Positions 23,707-36,989 of a DNA stretch of 60,000 nt are shown here, one piece after another. The stretch's first letter is position 1. The number at the start of each line of letters is the position of its first letter. A program made the translations under genes and the position numbers. This stretch comes from Lama guanicoe (Eukaryota): the NCBI GenBank assembly GCA_013239625.1, contig MU054391.1, positions 436,001 to 496,000 of the forward strand. Direction: 5' to 3'. The notes beneath the pieces were generated by a model that did not search any database, had not been told where the DNA came from, and saw only the letters and a program-made list of their open reading frames with translations.

Positions 23707-26700
23707 GTGACAGCGGCGCGGCGGCTGGCATGCATTGCAGCAGTTTGGAAGGTGGTGTGTGCTTTTAGGTGAGAAACGAGCTGTTGGCTTCGCCTGGTTG
23801 TCTGCACTGCTGCGGTTTTGCAGGCGCTTGCTGTCTCAGCCGACCACCCGGCCCTCGTCTCCCCCCGCCACCGGGACACATGGGCACGCCAGTGGTCCCA
23901 GCCCTGGGTTTCTCAGGAACGGCAAACCACTGAGGGAGGTCAGTGCGGATGGAGGGTCCATGGTGATCGCGAGGGCTTGGAGGTAAAAAACCTGCGAGGC
24001 GGGCGCCTCGGGCGTGGTGGGTGCGGCGGGGCAGGCGTTGCTGACAAGATGGGCCGCTGGCCCTGGGAGCCGCTGCCCTTTCCCGAGGCCGCTGTGTGTA
24101 GACGGGAGAGTGAGGACGGGGTCCTCCCTGTGTGGGGCTGCTCGTTTCCCGTAGAAGTGGAGGCTTTCTGACAGTGTCACATTGCTAGTGGCGGGTAGGG
24201 AGGTCCACTCCCACCAGGACCCCCGGCTCCCTGTCCTGCCAGCTACTCCCTGTCAGTGGGACCTGTGGCTCAGGTGATGGTGCTCCCAAAACTGGCGGAG
24301 GGCAGCGCGCCCCGAGCCTGAAACTGTGCAGCGTCCAGAGGGAGGCCTGAATCAGGAAGGGGTGCGCCCTGCCACCAGTCCTGGGGCAGAGACTGTGGGC
24401 CTCCCGGATGGACACACCGGCCCCCGAGACGTGCAGGTTCAGTGGGAACTGCAGAGTCAGTTCGTGCTTCAGCTCAGAACCTGGTATCTGGGGCGTCTGC
24501 ACGGCGTGCCCTCGGGCATCACGCCTACCTCAGCCCTGGGGGGTCACGTTTTCCTGCAAAGACGGTTCCCAGGGGATGTGAACTCCCCACAGTGCTCTGA
24601 ATTCATTCGTGGGGGAAGGAGGCATTGTAACAAAATCTGCATGCGTGTAAAGACTCTTTGGTACCAAAAGGATGGAATTCAGGACTCAGCGTGATACGCT
24701 ATTTTCCCTTTCTGAGTGAAGTCACAGCACCTGCCTTTAACGTTTCCAGCAGACAGGTCGCACTTATTGGGGGTTGAGGGGACAGAGCCAGAGGGGCTTC
24801 CACGGGGACCCACCCCAGCCGCAGGCTCGGAAGGAGCCTGGTCCTTCCCCTGCCGTTTGCTTTGTAAGAAAATACAGTTCTAACTGTAACCATAGGGCAC
24901 AAGGCTCTGACTCAAATGACCATTATTTTTTGAGGTTTTTAAAGCACTTTGACAAAACATTATGACTCCCTTGGGCGAACGCCCTTCTGCTGTACAAGCC
25001 AGCACTGTAGTTGTGAAGTGGAAGAGCTGCAGAGCTGAGTCCGTCTGAGGCAGTTTCTGTGAGGGGGAAGGACTCGGCTCCTTGTTGAGCTCGGAGTGTT
25101 CGGAGCCTCGTGCGCCACCGTCACCCGTCGGGCTGGCTGGTCAGTAACTGAAGGAAGGTGCTCCAGTCCTTTTCGGCTCCTGTGGTCTTCGTGAACATTC
25201 TCAGTTCTTTTTCTAAGTGAAGTTTTTAATGTGTGGGTGTGAATATCAGTTTCCGAAAAGACTGGGATGAAGGGAGACGACAAAAATCAGAGAAGGATGT
25301 TATGCCCAGTTCAGGATGAGAACCAGCTTTATCTGCAGAGGGTGACCAGGCCGCCCCTCGTGAGCTGGGAGGTGCGCCCGCGTCTGGGGTGGCCGGCCAG
25401 GTGGGTGTCCTCAGGAGTAACAGGGGCGTCCAGTCTTCCAACCGGAGTCCAGACGTGCCAACACACTCTCTCCCGAAGCAGAGCCTCCTCTCCAGCTGCT
25501 GGGAGGCACCACAGGAAGCTCGGCACAGCAAGTCTCAGGGCAGAGCCCGCCTCTCCTCCCACTCCTCCACGGTCTCCTGGCCGTCTCTGGTCTCGCCTTC
25601 CCTTTCTGAGACCATCTGCTCCGGAGCTCGGCCCTGGGCTGGGCTTTGACCAGCAGCCTCTGCCCGTCCAGGCTGTGCTGGTGCTCAGGGGTCCTGACCC
25701 GTCCCTGGAGGATGCCAGGGACGCCCAGAACCCACTGCTGACCAGCCAGAAGAGGGAAGGTGGGGCAGTTAATGGCACCACAGGGAGCATGCCAGCACCT
25801 GGTGGGGTAGGTGCTGCCCCAGACGAGCCGTCTCAGGACCACTCGAGTGGGCCATGTGCCGCGCTGTGGGCTTGGAGCCCGGCTGGCCTCACGAGCACTG
25901 GGTCCTGGGCGAGGCCGTTCTCAGGAGGGTGTCCTGCCGCCTGCATCCTCTGCTCCTGTGGGACGCCGTGTGCACCTGCTGCCCACCTGCCCCACAGACA
26001 GGGGTGCTTGTCCCGCAGGGTGCCTCGCCTGTGTTCCCAGTGCCGGTCACCAGCCGTGCCGTCCACAGCAGAGGGCTGCCACGACCGCCACTGGCAACGG
26101 GACTTTGTGCCTTTCCAGGAAGGCTGCTGCGGTGGGGTTTCGCTGGAGTCAGTGCCCATCTTCGTGCGGGTGTGGGGTTCACACCGAGAATGCGCGTTCC
26201 TTGCCTCTGTCCACAGTCTTTGAACTTAGTTCTTCTGTGTGGCTTTCCTGTCAAACCACAGGCCCACGTCCCCACAGGGGACCCGCCCACCCGGGTACAG
26301 CCGTGCCCCACACGGGTGGTCAAGTGGTTCCAGAGTCAGAGCGCAAAGTGGACCGCGAGGAGGGTCTGACGCGCAGGAAAGGCTAGTTTTAGTCATTGTT
26401 AGTCCAGATAATGAAGTTCAGTGCTCAAACGGGAAGACTTTTAAGAAATATTACCCTTTTACACTATTACCCAGAGGTTTTATTCATCAATATTTATGTC
26501 TGAATTTTACAAAGACTAAAGTTGCAAAAAGAGCAAATTATTTGTTACAAAACCATTGTATTACCAACAATGATTAAATTTACATCACCTCAGATATGGG
26601 TAATAGCAATTAGTTTGCCTTGAGAAGGAAAGTGTAACAGAAATAGAAAATATTAGCCCATTGTAGCTAGTCTGCACCTTTGAATATTTATACAGGTTAA

Positions 26701-26999
26701 ACTGCATTATGCTGTTTTTCCATTTTCCATCCCAGCGTAACGGCAGAATCACCACAGAAATAAACTAGAATCGCTTTTCAGCCAAAACCCACGAGCCTAG
26801 TATATTCTGACCAAAGAGTTTATTTTATTCAGGAACGTTAATTAAAATTTTAAATTAAACTTAAACTTCCATGGTTTTATTTTATTATCCATTTCACCAC
26901 TTTTTAATTTGTTTCTTTAGGACTAAAACCCCGTCAAATGGAAAGCATTTCAAAGATTTAATTGGATAGTCTTTTTAATTAACTTTTATTTAATGACAG

Positions 27000-27060
27000 A
27001 GATGAGAGAGAGGAGGAGAGATGGAGACAGACAGAGACGGAGACGGAGACAGAGGGGGGG
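27000..27060. repeat. GA/GAGAC purine-rich simple repeat
   Basis: GAGAGAGAGGAGGAGAGATGGAGACAGACAGAGACGGAGACGGAGACAGAG. Confidence 0.75.
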
Positions 27061-28294
27061 AATCCGGAAGGCCTCCCGTGGGGCCGGACGGGGCGCAGGT
27101 CTCCCTTGAGGGGTGAGGCAGGCTTTCTGGGCGAAGTCGTGGTGTCAGCGAGAACTTTCTTAGTTACCTAAAATCATACCATCACAGTCAATAACGTAAA
27201 GACTATTTCATTTGCAACAAAACTTAATACTAGTTAACGATGAGAATTAGTATTAACAATTGCCATCACATGTTTGCATGGAATTTAAAGAAGGTTACAG
27301 TGTGAAGGGAATAGCTTATTACTTGGCTTCTCTTATTTAACCAAAGGCTTGTAAATCAGAGGAAATCCAGGTGAAGGAGAGAGATCTGTAAAAGGGCTTC
27401 GTGCGGGTCTCAGCCTGGCTCCAGCCCGTGTGGGGACTGGGTCAGCCCTTGCGGTCCTGTTGTGTTTGCAGGACGCTGTCAGCAATAACCAGGAGGAGCT
27501 TTGAAAACAGGAAGGTTCGCTCCTGGCAGGACCTGGAAACCGCACAGCACACCTGGGTCCACAGCCAGGTCGAGGTCGTGGGCAGAGAGCGCAGGGGCCC
27601 AGGGTCCTGCTTCCCTGGGGGTTCCTGGGGGTCACTCTGTATTGTGATTTAAACGTAAGAGCAGGAATTTAAAGCTCGAGGAGGGAAGAAGCAGGCAGCC
27701 CAGACGGTCAGTCCCTGAGCTCAGCCAAGCCGTCCACAGCGCAGGGGCCTCGGTGGGGGCCCCGCTGTTTGTCTGGGGTGAGGCCGGGCCTCCTGGGCGG
27801 TCAGAGCTGAGGCCAGGCCCTTGCATTACAGCAGGAAGTGTCACGGTTTACACTACAAGCGCTCTACATTTGGTGCGGGTTTGATCAGCCGTTGAAAGGA
27901 GTTGTCGCTCTGCCTCTGCCTGTGAGAGTGGAAAGTTAAGGGGAAATGATGCTGGAGAGATTACACTTGGACTTGACCACACCAAGTGTTTCTTTCCTTT
28001 CCCCTTTGATATTCTGGGCCCACTCGTTAGTCAAAGCGGTCTGTGTAGATTTGTTCCCGAGAAAAGGGGAATCCTGAGGGGCTTCTGGGGTTCGTGTTTT
28101 GCTGTCTGTGTGGACTTAGTGAAGCCGCGTCCGACTCTGCACGTGTGGCGACACCCCTCGTCCGGAGGGAGTGGTGTCCACGCTCCTCCCCAACCAGGCT
28201 CCTGTGCTTGGAAAGTCGCCCTCTTAACGTGCTTGTCTAGCTGCCTGGTTCGCCTCAGGGGTGCCTGCTGTGCTGTTGGCTTTTCCACACCCGG

Positions 28295-28475
28295 GTACAC
28301 ACACCCGCGCACACGCACACTCACACCACACATCTGCACATGCACATGGACTCACCCACATGCACACGTGTGCACACGGACTCACACGTCGCAGTGCACA
28401 CATACACGCACATACACACAAACTTGCCCACGTGACCTGCATGCACACACACGTACACACGTGTACACACACACT
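28295..28475. repeat. Degenerate (CA)n-rich microsatellite
   Basis: ~180 bp of CACA/CACG/CATG units ending ~95 bp upstream of exon 5. Confidence 0.85.
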
Positions 28476-28568
28476 GCCGGTTGCTGCAGACGCTGAGCTG
28501 AGGCCACTGCCCTGACGCATGATGTCTCCGAGCCTCTCTTGACGCTGCTGCCACTTCTACACCCGCAG

Positions 28569-28612
28569 CTGACCGGACGGGCATGCTGTTTGTGGGGGAC
28601 GCCGTTCTGCAG
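28569..28612 (+). CDS. SNTG2: SNTG2 exon 5 homologue (PDZ), 44 nt
   Basis: ccgcag|CTGACC...CTGCAG|gtccgt. (A)DRTGMLFVGDAVLQ. Confidence 0.95.
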
Positions 28613-28709
28613 GTCCGTATTTTAAACCCCAGTGCTTAACTGTGTTACACTTCAGTTTTACACTAATTCAGTTCTTTTCCTCAAAATTCTTAATTCGTCA
28701 TCTTTTCAG

Positions 28710-28751
28710 GTTAATGGCATTCATGTGGGAAATGCAACCCACGAAGAAGTG
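28710..28751 (+). CDS. SNTG2: SNTG2 exon 6 homologue (PDZ), 42 nt
   Basis: tttcag|GTTAAT...GAAGTG|gtgagt. VNGIHVGNATHEEV, also visible in ORF 28632..28814. Confidence 0.96.
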
Positions 28752-31700
28752 GTGAGTGTATTAGACTTTAGATGTTGCTGTTTTTTCTTTTTATTAGCTT
28801 TTCTCTTACTCTGATGATTTTTCCCTTAAAAGTGTATTTCACTGAGTGTGTCGCAGACACAGAGTTTTAGAACCGGGAAGAAAAGCTTAGACGTAAAAGT
28901 CATGTTTCCAAGAGGCCTTTGTGCAGTGCCCTCCGGGTCGTGAGCCCTTGTGCTGTCACATCCACAGGCAACAGGTCTTCGCAGACACTGTAGAGGGTGG
29001 GTTTGGTGGCTTCTATTTTAAAGACAGGAGAGCTGAAATTTAGGGGGTGGGGCCCTGGGCGGCCTGAGTGGAGCCAGTGAGGGGCCCCCGCGCGGCTCCT
29101 TGGGCCCTGTGTGCACGTCCGTCCGTCTGTCTGGGAGGACGTCTCCAGCACTTAGCCTCAGTGCTGGCCCAGGGACGGGGGTCACAGAGCCTCCACCCGG
29201 CATTACTCCTGTGGAGGGGTCAGGTCCACACTGCCGGGAAGGGTGCAGGGAACATCCATGCCGAAGCCTTAATCAGGCACAGGAAGCCCTGTGGTGAATC
29301 CATGTGTACGGCCATGTGCCCCGATGCACGGGACTGGGGTCGTGGGGACAGGGACGCGTGTTCCGTTGGGGGGGGGGACAGCATCGATGTGGATGGTGAT
29401 TGAGCCGGACCTTGGAGAGCGAGATGGGGAGAGAAGAAGGCCGGCCAGAGCGAGCCCTGGGGCATGGGGAGGCTGAGGGATGGGGGACGGGCCGAGGTGG
29501 GGGGGAGCCCGGGACCCTGCAGGGCAGGCGGTCGGGGTCCCTCACAAGGTGGCCTGTTCTGCCTGGTGTGGTGAAGCCCAGCAGGATGTCAGTGTGCCAG
29601 CGTCTCAGGGGAGGGGCAGCTCTGCGTGCGGTCAGTTGTGCGCCCTTCATCGCTGTTTATTTTCCACTGAGCCAACATCACTTCCAAATGAGGGCGGGCA
29701 GCCCGGACACCAAACATATCTGGTCTGCGGGACACGGACTTTCCATCAAACCAGCACACAGTGTGTTAGTGACTCATCACTGAGGGAAGGACGAACTTCG
29801 TGCCCGCCAGGCAGAGGGGTGAGATGAAGTGTTTCTTGGTGTCGAGCGACTTGTGGTCTCGGTTACCTTTGGGTAGGTGACCCGCTCTCACCTCTTCACT
29901 TCCTAAACTGAACGTTTTTGTTGTTTTCCAATTTCTGCTGAAGTTTGCTTTCTTAAGGTGAGAAAATACATAGTAATTAAAAGAGACAGTGCACACCTCA
30001 GTAACGCCCCCACAGCCCAGGGAAAGGGAAAAGTACTCACCTAAAAAAAAGGAAATTGGAGCCAATAACGTGTGCAGCTTCCTTCCGCTTAATGCCGAAG
30101 CAGGCGTCCCGTCGTGTATGACCTCGGACCTCAGGGGTGGGCCTGGTCTAATCAGGGAGTGAGAGTTGTATTTCAGAAATGACAGTGGAAGCCCTGTTGT
30201 TGCTGCAGAAGGAGCTGGACCCTCTGGCTGCTCTGCCTCTGCTCTCGGGTCTAGGGGCTGACAGGACCCCTCTTCCTCCTGATGGTGCCCAGCCTGCTCC
30301 AGGTCCCCCTCCTGTCATCTTCTCTCCTCCAGGTGAAAGGTCACCGTTCCCTCAGTCTCTGCTTCTGTGACAGAGCAGGAACTGCGGGAGACTGTCAGCC
30401 TTTCCATCTGGTTACATGGGCCCTAGTGCTACCAGAGAAACAGGCTGAGGGACAGGTTGGACAGATGGAAGGTGGTGGGCAGGCAGGTGACTGACGGATG
30501 GCAGAAGCGTGGGTGGATAGATAACCGACCAGAACGTTTTCTCCTTCATGAGACGGGAAGTTGTTTGGAGAGGTGGTTCTCCGCCCCAAAGCACATCCGA
30601 ACCACCTGACCCCCCACAGGCGCTTCAGCAGGTGGCTCTGGTTCAGCACCACTTCTGCCTAATTCCCAGGCCTCGAAGTTAGCAGGTTCCAGGTCACGGG
30701 AATGGGGAGCTAAACTCCTGGTAGGGGCGTGGGTGTGGTTGGCGGAGGTTTGTTGGTGTGGTGGTGCTGGGGGAGGGGAAGTCCAGCTCTTGTTGACGTG
30801 CTCAGCTCTTCCATTAGGACCTGGTCTCTGCAGAAAAGGGGAAGATAACCACAGGGCGTGTTAGGGACGGAGGTGAGATGGGTCCAGCATGAAAGGCCCT
30901 GATCGCCTGGCCGCATTAGGACCTGAATTCTGACCGCCGGACGGTGGCGGGTGCTGGTGTCCAGGGATCAGCACGGACGCGGATCCCGCGTCTCTCACAC
31001 TGCACGTCACTGGTGTCACACAGCCTCTTACACGGGCTGGGATTTGCAGTGAAAGTGTTTGACAATCTTTCCTCAAATGGACTTAGACTCTCCTTCATTC
31101 AGGGGACAGGGAGACTGTGAACCCACTCGGCTGTCAGTGCTGATGGAGACCCGGTGGCTCTGTATTGTGATGACCGGTCAGGGCTCTGCTTCCCTGATCG
31201 GGATACTGAGCGCCTGCACGGATCGGTTACAACTGTGATACGTTCCTCATCTATTTCAGGCCCAGGGGCTCCAGGATCAATGAGCCACGGCCAGACCTTC
31301 AGCCCTCCTGCCCATCAGGGGAACCGAACCACTGGCTCTGGTGGCTGAGTGCCGTCCCCGGGGCTCTGCCCCCAGGACCCCGTTGTGTCTTTCTGAGTCA
31401 GGAGACCAGTTTTGGTGGAGGCATCGCCCATCCGTCCCTCGTCAGCAGGAGAACAACACAGCAGAGCCTTCGCAGGAAGCCAGAGCTTTCCTCACCTAGA
31501 CTGTTCTCAGTCCTTTGGCGAAGAGAGCATCCCCTGGACCCTCCCTGGAGGAGTGGACGTGGCTCCAGCAAGGGGGTGGGTAAGCAGGGCACTCCGTCTC
31601 TGCAGCCCTTTGAATTACTTCTTCAGCAGTGTCTCTGGGAAGTTCTGGTATCTCAACCTCGTTTAATTTGGCCACGTTGTGTCCTGATTTCAGTCAACAG

Positions 31701-32789
31701 ACAGTGGAAACTATTTGACTTACTTGCTTAAACTAAGAAACTGAATCTAGAACCCCTAGTCCATTGGCTCGGTCCAGCAGGTCTCACTCTCTCAGCACAC
31801 ATCCGCACGCTCACGTGCCGGCCGGTACAATTGGGTAGAATATTGTGGTTGTCTTGACGTACATGGAACACCTCTGCTGAAGTCAGACTTCACGCCAAGA
31901 CCTGAGACCCGTTACAGGCTGGGAATTACTGGGAAGCAGAGGGGCTGGGTCTCCGGAGTCAGCATTTTCCTTCCAGGCTGTTGCTCAGGAAGGTGGTTCC
32001 AGGACCCTCAGGGGAGGAAAGTGCCCACAGAGGGGAAGAGGAAGACGGGGTGGAGAGGGACAGGGACACTGACGTCTGCTCCCGACCCTGCTCTTTCCGG
32101 TCAGCGTCCTGACTGCAACACGAGCTACAGGTTCAGGACTCAGCCACGCGTCACCTGCTCTGCCAGCCTCCCAGCTGGGACTTCAGAAGCCTCACCTGTG
32201 TAGTTACAAGAAATGAGGAATCATTTCAGGTGGACCATGAAGCTCTGGTTCTCGACTCCAGGTTCCAGCCAGAAACGTTAACCCCTGAGCTGTGGGGTTT
32301 TCTGTCTCCAGGTTCCCCAGTGCAGCTGCAGCAGCCTCCTTCCCTGTCCCCACCTCGAGACACTGCCCAGCAGGATCCCAGCAGGAAGGCAGGCACAGTG
32401 GCAGGAATTGTTGCCGTAACAGTTTGACTGGGGATAGAGTGGTTCACAGCACGTCGGAATCCCTGGGAGAGCAAAGTGCAGAGATCTGCCGTCTGAGCAC
32501 TGAGAACTAACGTGGTTGGGTCTCGGAAACAAGCCAGGAACCCGCTGCAGTCTTCACGAAGCAGGAGCGCGCCTGCTGTCTGCCATGGATGAGACGGAGC
32601 GCGCGGGAGCGCCGGGCAGCCCAGGAGGGCCCGTCTGCCCAGCAGCTGCTCCTCCGACCCGGGGACCAGGGACTTCTCGTCTTGCAGCTTCCAGACCTTA
32701 CATGAGTTTCTCTCAGCAAAGTATCTGGGGAAGCAGAGTGCTTGGCTTCCCTTTCACACAAAGGAGCTTTGAGAAGGGAAATGAAGGAC

Positions 32790-34220
32790 TGCTGAGTGGA
32801 TGACAGACACTCAGCACAAAGATAAAAGGACAGTTGATCAGGAAGGGAAAGATCCGGCAGGCAGGAAAACCAGTAAGGACACAGTTGAACTCAGCCAAGC
32901 CGTGGTCAGCTGGCCACGATGGGTACCTACAGATGAACTCATCTAGCAACAGGGAGCTCACGTTCTTCCCGAGCTCACATGGGTGCTTACCAAGATGGAC
33001 CACTTTCTGGGCTGTGAACCGCATCTTAGCCAATTTGAAAAAACAGAAGCCATGCAGTATCTGCTGTCCAGCTGTAACAGAATTCAACTAGAGATCAGTA
33101 GTGGAGAGGGGGCTGGAGAGCCCCTGACACTCGGAGGCTCTGACCACCACATGGGGCAGAGGAAACCTTGGAAGAAGTTTAAAAAATGTTCTAAACTAGA
33201 TGCAAAAGCAAACGCAGCTTCTCAGACTTTGCGGGCTGCAGTCACAGCGGCCCTCAGAAGGAAGTTAGAAAAAGTGAGCCATGAAGTCCAGAGTGAACAG
33301 GCGGACAAAAGTGACAAAAATTAGAGCAGAGACCAAAGAAATTGAAAATAAATCAGTAGAGAAAATCAGTGAAATCAGCAATTTGCTATTTTAAAAGATC
33401 AATAAATTCGACAAATTCTAGCCAGACTAGCTAGAAAAGCCGTGAGAAGACACAGTTTGCTGATGTTGGACATGAGGAAGGGGACGTCGCTGCAGATCCC
33501 GTGGACGTTAAACGGGTGATAAAGGAATGCTGTGAGCTCTGTGCCCACAGATTTGATTAGCTGGGTGACATGGGCTGACCCCTGGAAATACACAATTTGC
33601 CGCACCTCCTACAAGAAGAGACATCGTTTGAATAGGCTTGTATCTGTTACTAAATTGAATGAATGATCCATAACCTTCCGAAACAGAAAGCGCCAGCTCC
33701 AGGTGGGTCACTGGTGATTCTGCCAGACGCTTGAGGAAGACACTACCAATCTCCACAGTCTCTTTGAGAGAATAAAACAGAAGGGGTGCTTCCCAACCCC
33801 CCATACGGTACACGGGCCGTTCTAACCCCAAACCAGAGAAGAAAACTGCAGAACAGTATGCCTCATGAACACAGATGGAAAACCTTCAACAAAATGCCAG
33901 CAAGTCAAATCCAGCCGCGTACGAAAAGAATTGCACATCATGGCCAAGTGGGACTCATCCCAAACATGCCGGGCTGGCTGAGCCCTGGACAGTCAGTAAC
34001 GGAACCGTCGCATCAACAGGCCGGAGAAGAGAGGCCACGCGATCATGCCAGCGGGTGCAGGAAGGTCATCTGGCAAAGCTAGCACCCACCCGTGACCGAA
34101 GGTCTCAGTGAACTACGAGGGGAGGGGGCTCTTCTCAGCTTAGTGAAGGATGTCTACAGAACCTGCGGCTGACCAAGTACTTAATGGCCAGAAACTTGAG
34201 ACCTCGCCGCTCAGACCAGG
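32790..34220 (+). mobile_element. Old L1 ORF2 fragment (endonuclease end through RT start)
   Basis: Frameshifted peptides ELTFFPSSHG, LTKMDHFLGCEPHLSQFEKTEAMQYLLSSCNRIQLEIS and FNKMPASQIQPRTKRIAHHGQVGLIPNMPGW match L1 ORF2 (YTFFSSAHG/FTKIDHILGHK; LNKILANRIQQHIKRIIHHDQVGFIPGMQGW). Confidence 0.92.
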
Positions 34221-34801
34221 GCCTGTCTAACGAGCCGTTGTCACTTTGCTTAGAGGACGAACTCTCCAGCGCCTGCACCCTGCTTGCTCCTGGCTCCCTT
34301 TGTGCCTGAGCAACTGTTGTGGGTGCCCCGTGTTCTTGAGAGAATGTGGATTTTGTGGGGGACAGACATGCTCACACGCACTCACAGAGCTCACACATGG
34401 ACGCACAAGCTCACACCGGCTCCGCACTCGCTCACCGCTGGCCGGCCCGCCCCTCGCTCCGGGGGCTGAGGAGGCAGAAGGGCGTCTGGGGGGCCAGGAC
34501 ACGACTCCAGTCACCGCACCTGCCATGAGGGCTGCGTCCACCCTGCAGTGACTCCACAGCCCGAGGACGCGTGCGGGGTGCGGCGCGCGGCGTGCACAGG
34601 TGTGTGTGAGCGTTTGTGCAGGGGGGCGCAGCGGCCGTGGCCGGAGACACAGCCGCTGTGTTGTTACTCCAGGTGAGGCTATCAGGCTTCCTGCCCTGAG
34701 CACTGAGTTCTTGAGAGACAGGCCAGGGGAGCAGGGGCTTTTCCATTTCTGCGCTGGTCCCTTTGTGATGGTAAAGCGGCTGTGTTTTGACGTGTTGGCA
34801 G

Positions 34802-34885
34802 GTGCGTCTTTTGAGGAATTCTGGAGACAAGTGACCGTCACTGTTGAGTATCTCAGGGAAGCACCATTTCTGAAGCTCCCATTAG
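34802..34885 (+). CDS. SNTG2: SNTG2 exon 7 homologue (PDZ end), 84 nt, frameshifted
   Basis: tggcag|GTGCGT...CCATTAG|gtaagg. VRLLRNSGD-[AA]-VTVTVEYLREAPFLKLPL vs human VHLLRNAGDEVTITVEYLREAPAFLKLPL. The -1 nt deletion gives GAC AAG TGA (stop 34832-34834). Confidence 0.93.
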
Positions 34886-36399
34886 GTAAGGAGGGGCGTC
34901 CACGGGCACCGCAGGGCTTCCTCCTCACACGGTGGCCATCCGCATGCGATCGCCCTGGTGGGCGTGTAAACCATCTCCTGAGCTCATACCCAGAGAGAGG
35001 AGGACACGGGTAGCACCTCAGTGTTCCGGGTCCTGCGACATCCCAGCCCTTCATCCGCAGGTTCTCAGAAGCGCCTCACCAGGCTGCCTGTGCCAGGCGG
35101 TTCACGGGGAGCCTCCTTCAGGTCACCTCGCTGCGACTCTACTGCCCTGTGCACACACGAATGTGCACGCACACGTGCACACGCTGAGAAACAGTTTGTA
35201 TTTAGGGTGTCCGTGCTGACGCAAGAAGCTTTCCCTGTGAAAGGGAAAACCACAGTGAGCCTGCACCGTGACGAGCCTCCCGCGCTCTCCTGCAGCCTTT
35301 GTGTTCTCCCTGTCCACGCACGTGGTCCCGGGCGGAGGTGACACACTGCAAACCCGTGAAGTGTTTTCGTCAGAATAGTCATTGTGACTTGCTCTGTTCA
35401 GCTGCGTGTTTTTACAGGACTTAGAAAGTGCCCGTCACTCCCTGGGTTAGGGGCCCAGGAGCTGCCTCTGCTCGGGGCTCAGCGCGGTCCAGCCTGCGGC
35501 GGAGGCAGCACCCTGACGTGGGAGCCCCCCGCAGCCCCTCCTCACCGCGGCGGTTTTCCCTTCTTTCTTTGGATCTTTCTGTCACGTGAGGGAGTAGCTC
35601 CCGCACCCAGGCCGACCGCCTCACTCTGTATTGTCCTCTTTTCCTGTTGGGTTTCCTGTTGTCAGTGCCTCTCTGCCCCTGCTGCCCCGGGGCCTCGGCA
35701 GCGGCTGGAACCCCGTCTTACCTTGGTGTCCACGAGGACAAAAAGGGCCACTGAACCCCCCGCACCATCTGCCCATCTGTCCATTCATCTTCCTGAGTAA
35801 CCGAGCAAATCAGTTCCAGGGACACCACTTCGTCCCCGTCGGACCGCAGCCGGCGTCTCCTGAGAAGACTGGGTGCTCACCCCCTGCTGTGAAAATACGT
35901 CAGGAAGAGTCACCACACATGCCACCTTCGAAAACGACCAGTCCGTCCGCAGTGGGAGCAGCTTAGGCAGCGGGAGAGACGGGGGGGAGCGGGCGCGGGT
36001 ACCGGGGTGCCGGGCCGGCCAGGAAGGCGGACACGGAGGTGCTCGTGGAAAGGCAGGCCCTCCCAGAGCAGCAGAAAGCGGGAAGTACTCGACGTCAGGC
36101 CGCACGTGCAAAGAGGACCAGAGAAGACACACAGCTCGAGGGTTCGCCGGCTTTCACAGGGGTGCTTCCAGGAGGACGTCGAGGCCCACCGGCAGCCCTC
36201 ACCGGGCCCCCCCGGCGCCCAGGGATGTGGCTCGTGGAGGTGGGCGGCGCTGGGTTCCAGCACCGAGCAGCTGACGAAAACCCTCCGCCAGCCTCTGTGC
36301 TTAGACATCAGCGCTCCTTTCCGTGTGGCCGGGAAGGCGTCCCCTCAGGACAGGCAGCGCCATCTTTCATTTTCCGCATCAATTCAAGCTCTTAGTCTG

Positions 36400-36950
36400 T
36401 GCTCAGACACCACCCGCGTGACAGCAGACGCCCCAGTGTCCAGCGTACACTCCTTCACCGTGCTGTGCAGCCAGCACACTGCCCAGCTCCCGTGTCTCCA
36501 TCGCCCGGAAGACTCTGTACCTCTCGGCAGCTCCCCCACCGTGGAGTCACCTTCTGTCCCCTGTCCTGGACGTGTCACCTAAGTGGGGCCACGCGGTGTG
36601 TGGCCTTTGCTCTGGCTCTGTTCGCTGGAGGCCCGTCCATGCCGTAGCCTGTGCCAGCACTGGACAGAGAGGCCACGCTCCGCGGCTCCCGTCCACCTCG
36701 GGGCTGCCGTGGTGGGGCCGGTGTGAGGGCTTGCTCCAGGGGGACCTGGATGCATTTCCCCGGCTCCTGGCCACACACCGGGCAGTGGAGCTGAGCTGCG
36801 CAAGTCGCTGCCCGGGCCCCGCCTGCCCCCTGCTCCCCGCGGCTGCACACCACACGCCGGCCCCACCGTGCACGAGGCCGGCGTCGGGTCCGCAGGGGCA
36901 GCTCCTTTCTCAGCTTAGCTGTTTCCATGTTTGCTGATTAAACGTTTGCA
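36400..36950 (-). mobile_element. Ancient L1MB-like 3' end, strongly GC-shifted
   Basis: TCACCGTGCTGTGCAGCCAGCAC...ACTCTGTACCTCTCGGCAG...TCCTGGACGTGTCACCTAAGTGGGGCCACGCGGTGTGTGGCCTTTGCTCTGGCT is collinear with the antisense L1MB 3' consensus from memory. Confidence 0.6.
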
Positions 36951-36989
36951 TTGTGACTTTTCTAATACTGTTGTTTTTTGAAACCAACT

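Noticed and set aside
25267..26223. 318-aa ORF
   Set aside because: Intronic, Pro/Arg/Gly/Ala-rich, with overlapping ORFs in several frames and no domain. Expected by chance in GC-rich DNA.
14779..34831. Exon 2 (-2) and exon 7 (-1) as mutually compensating frameshifts
   Set aside because: They sum to -3, but the shifted frame hits TGA at 28570-28572 and would scramble the PDZ domain.
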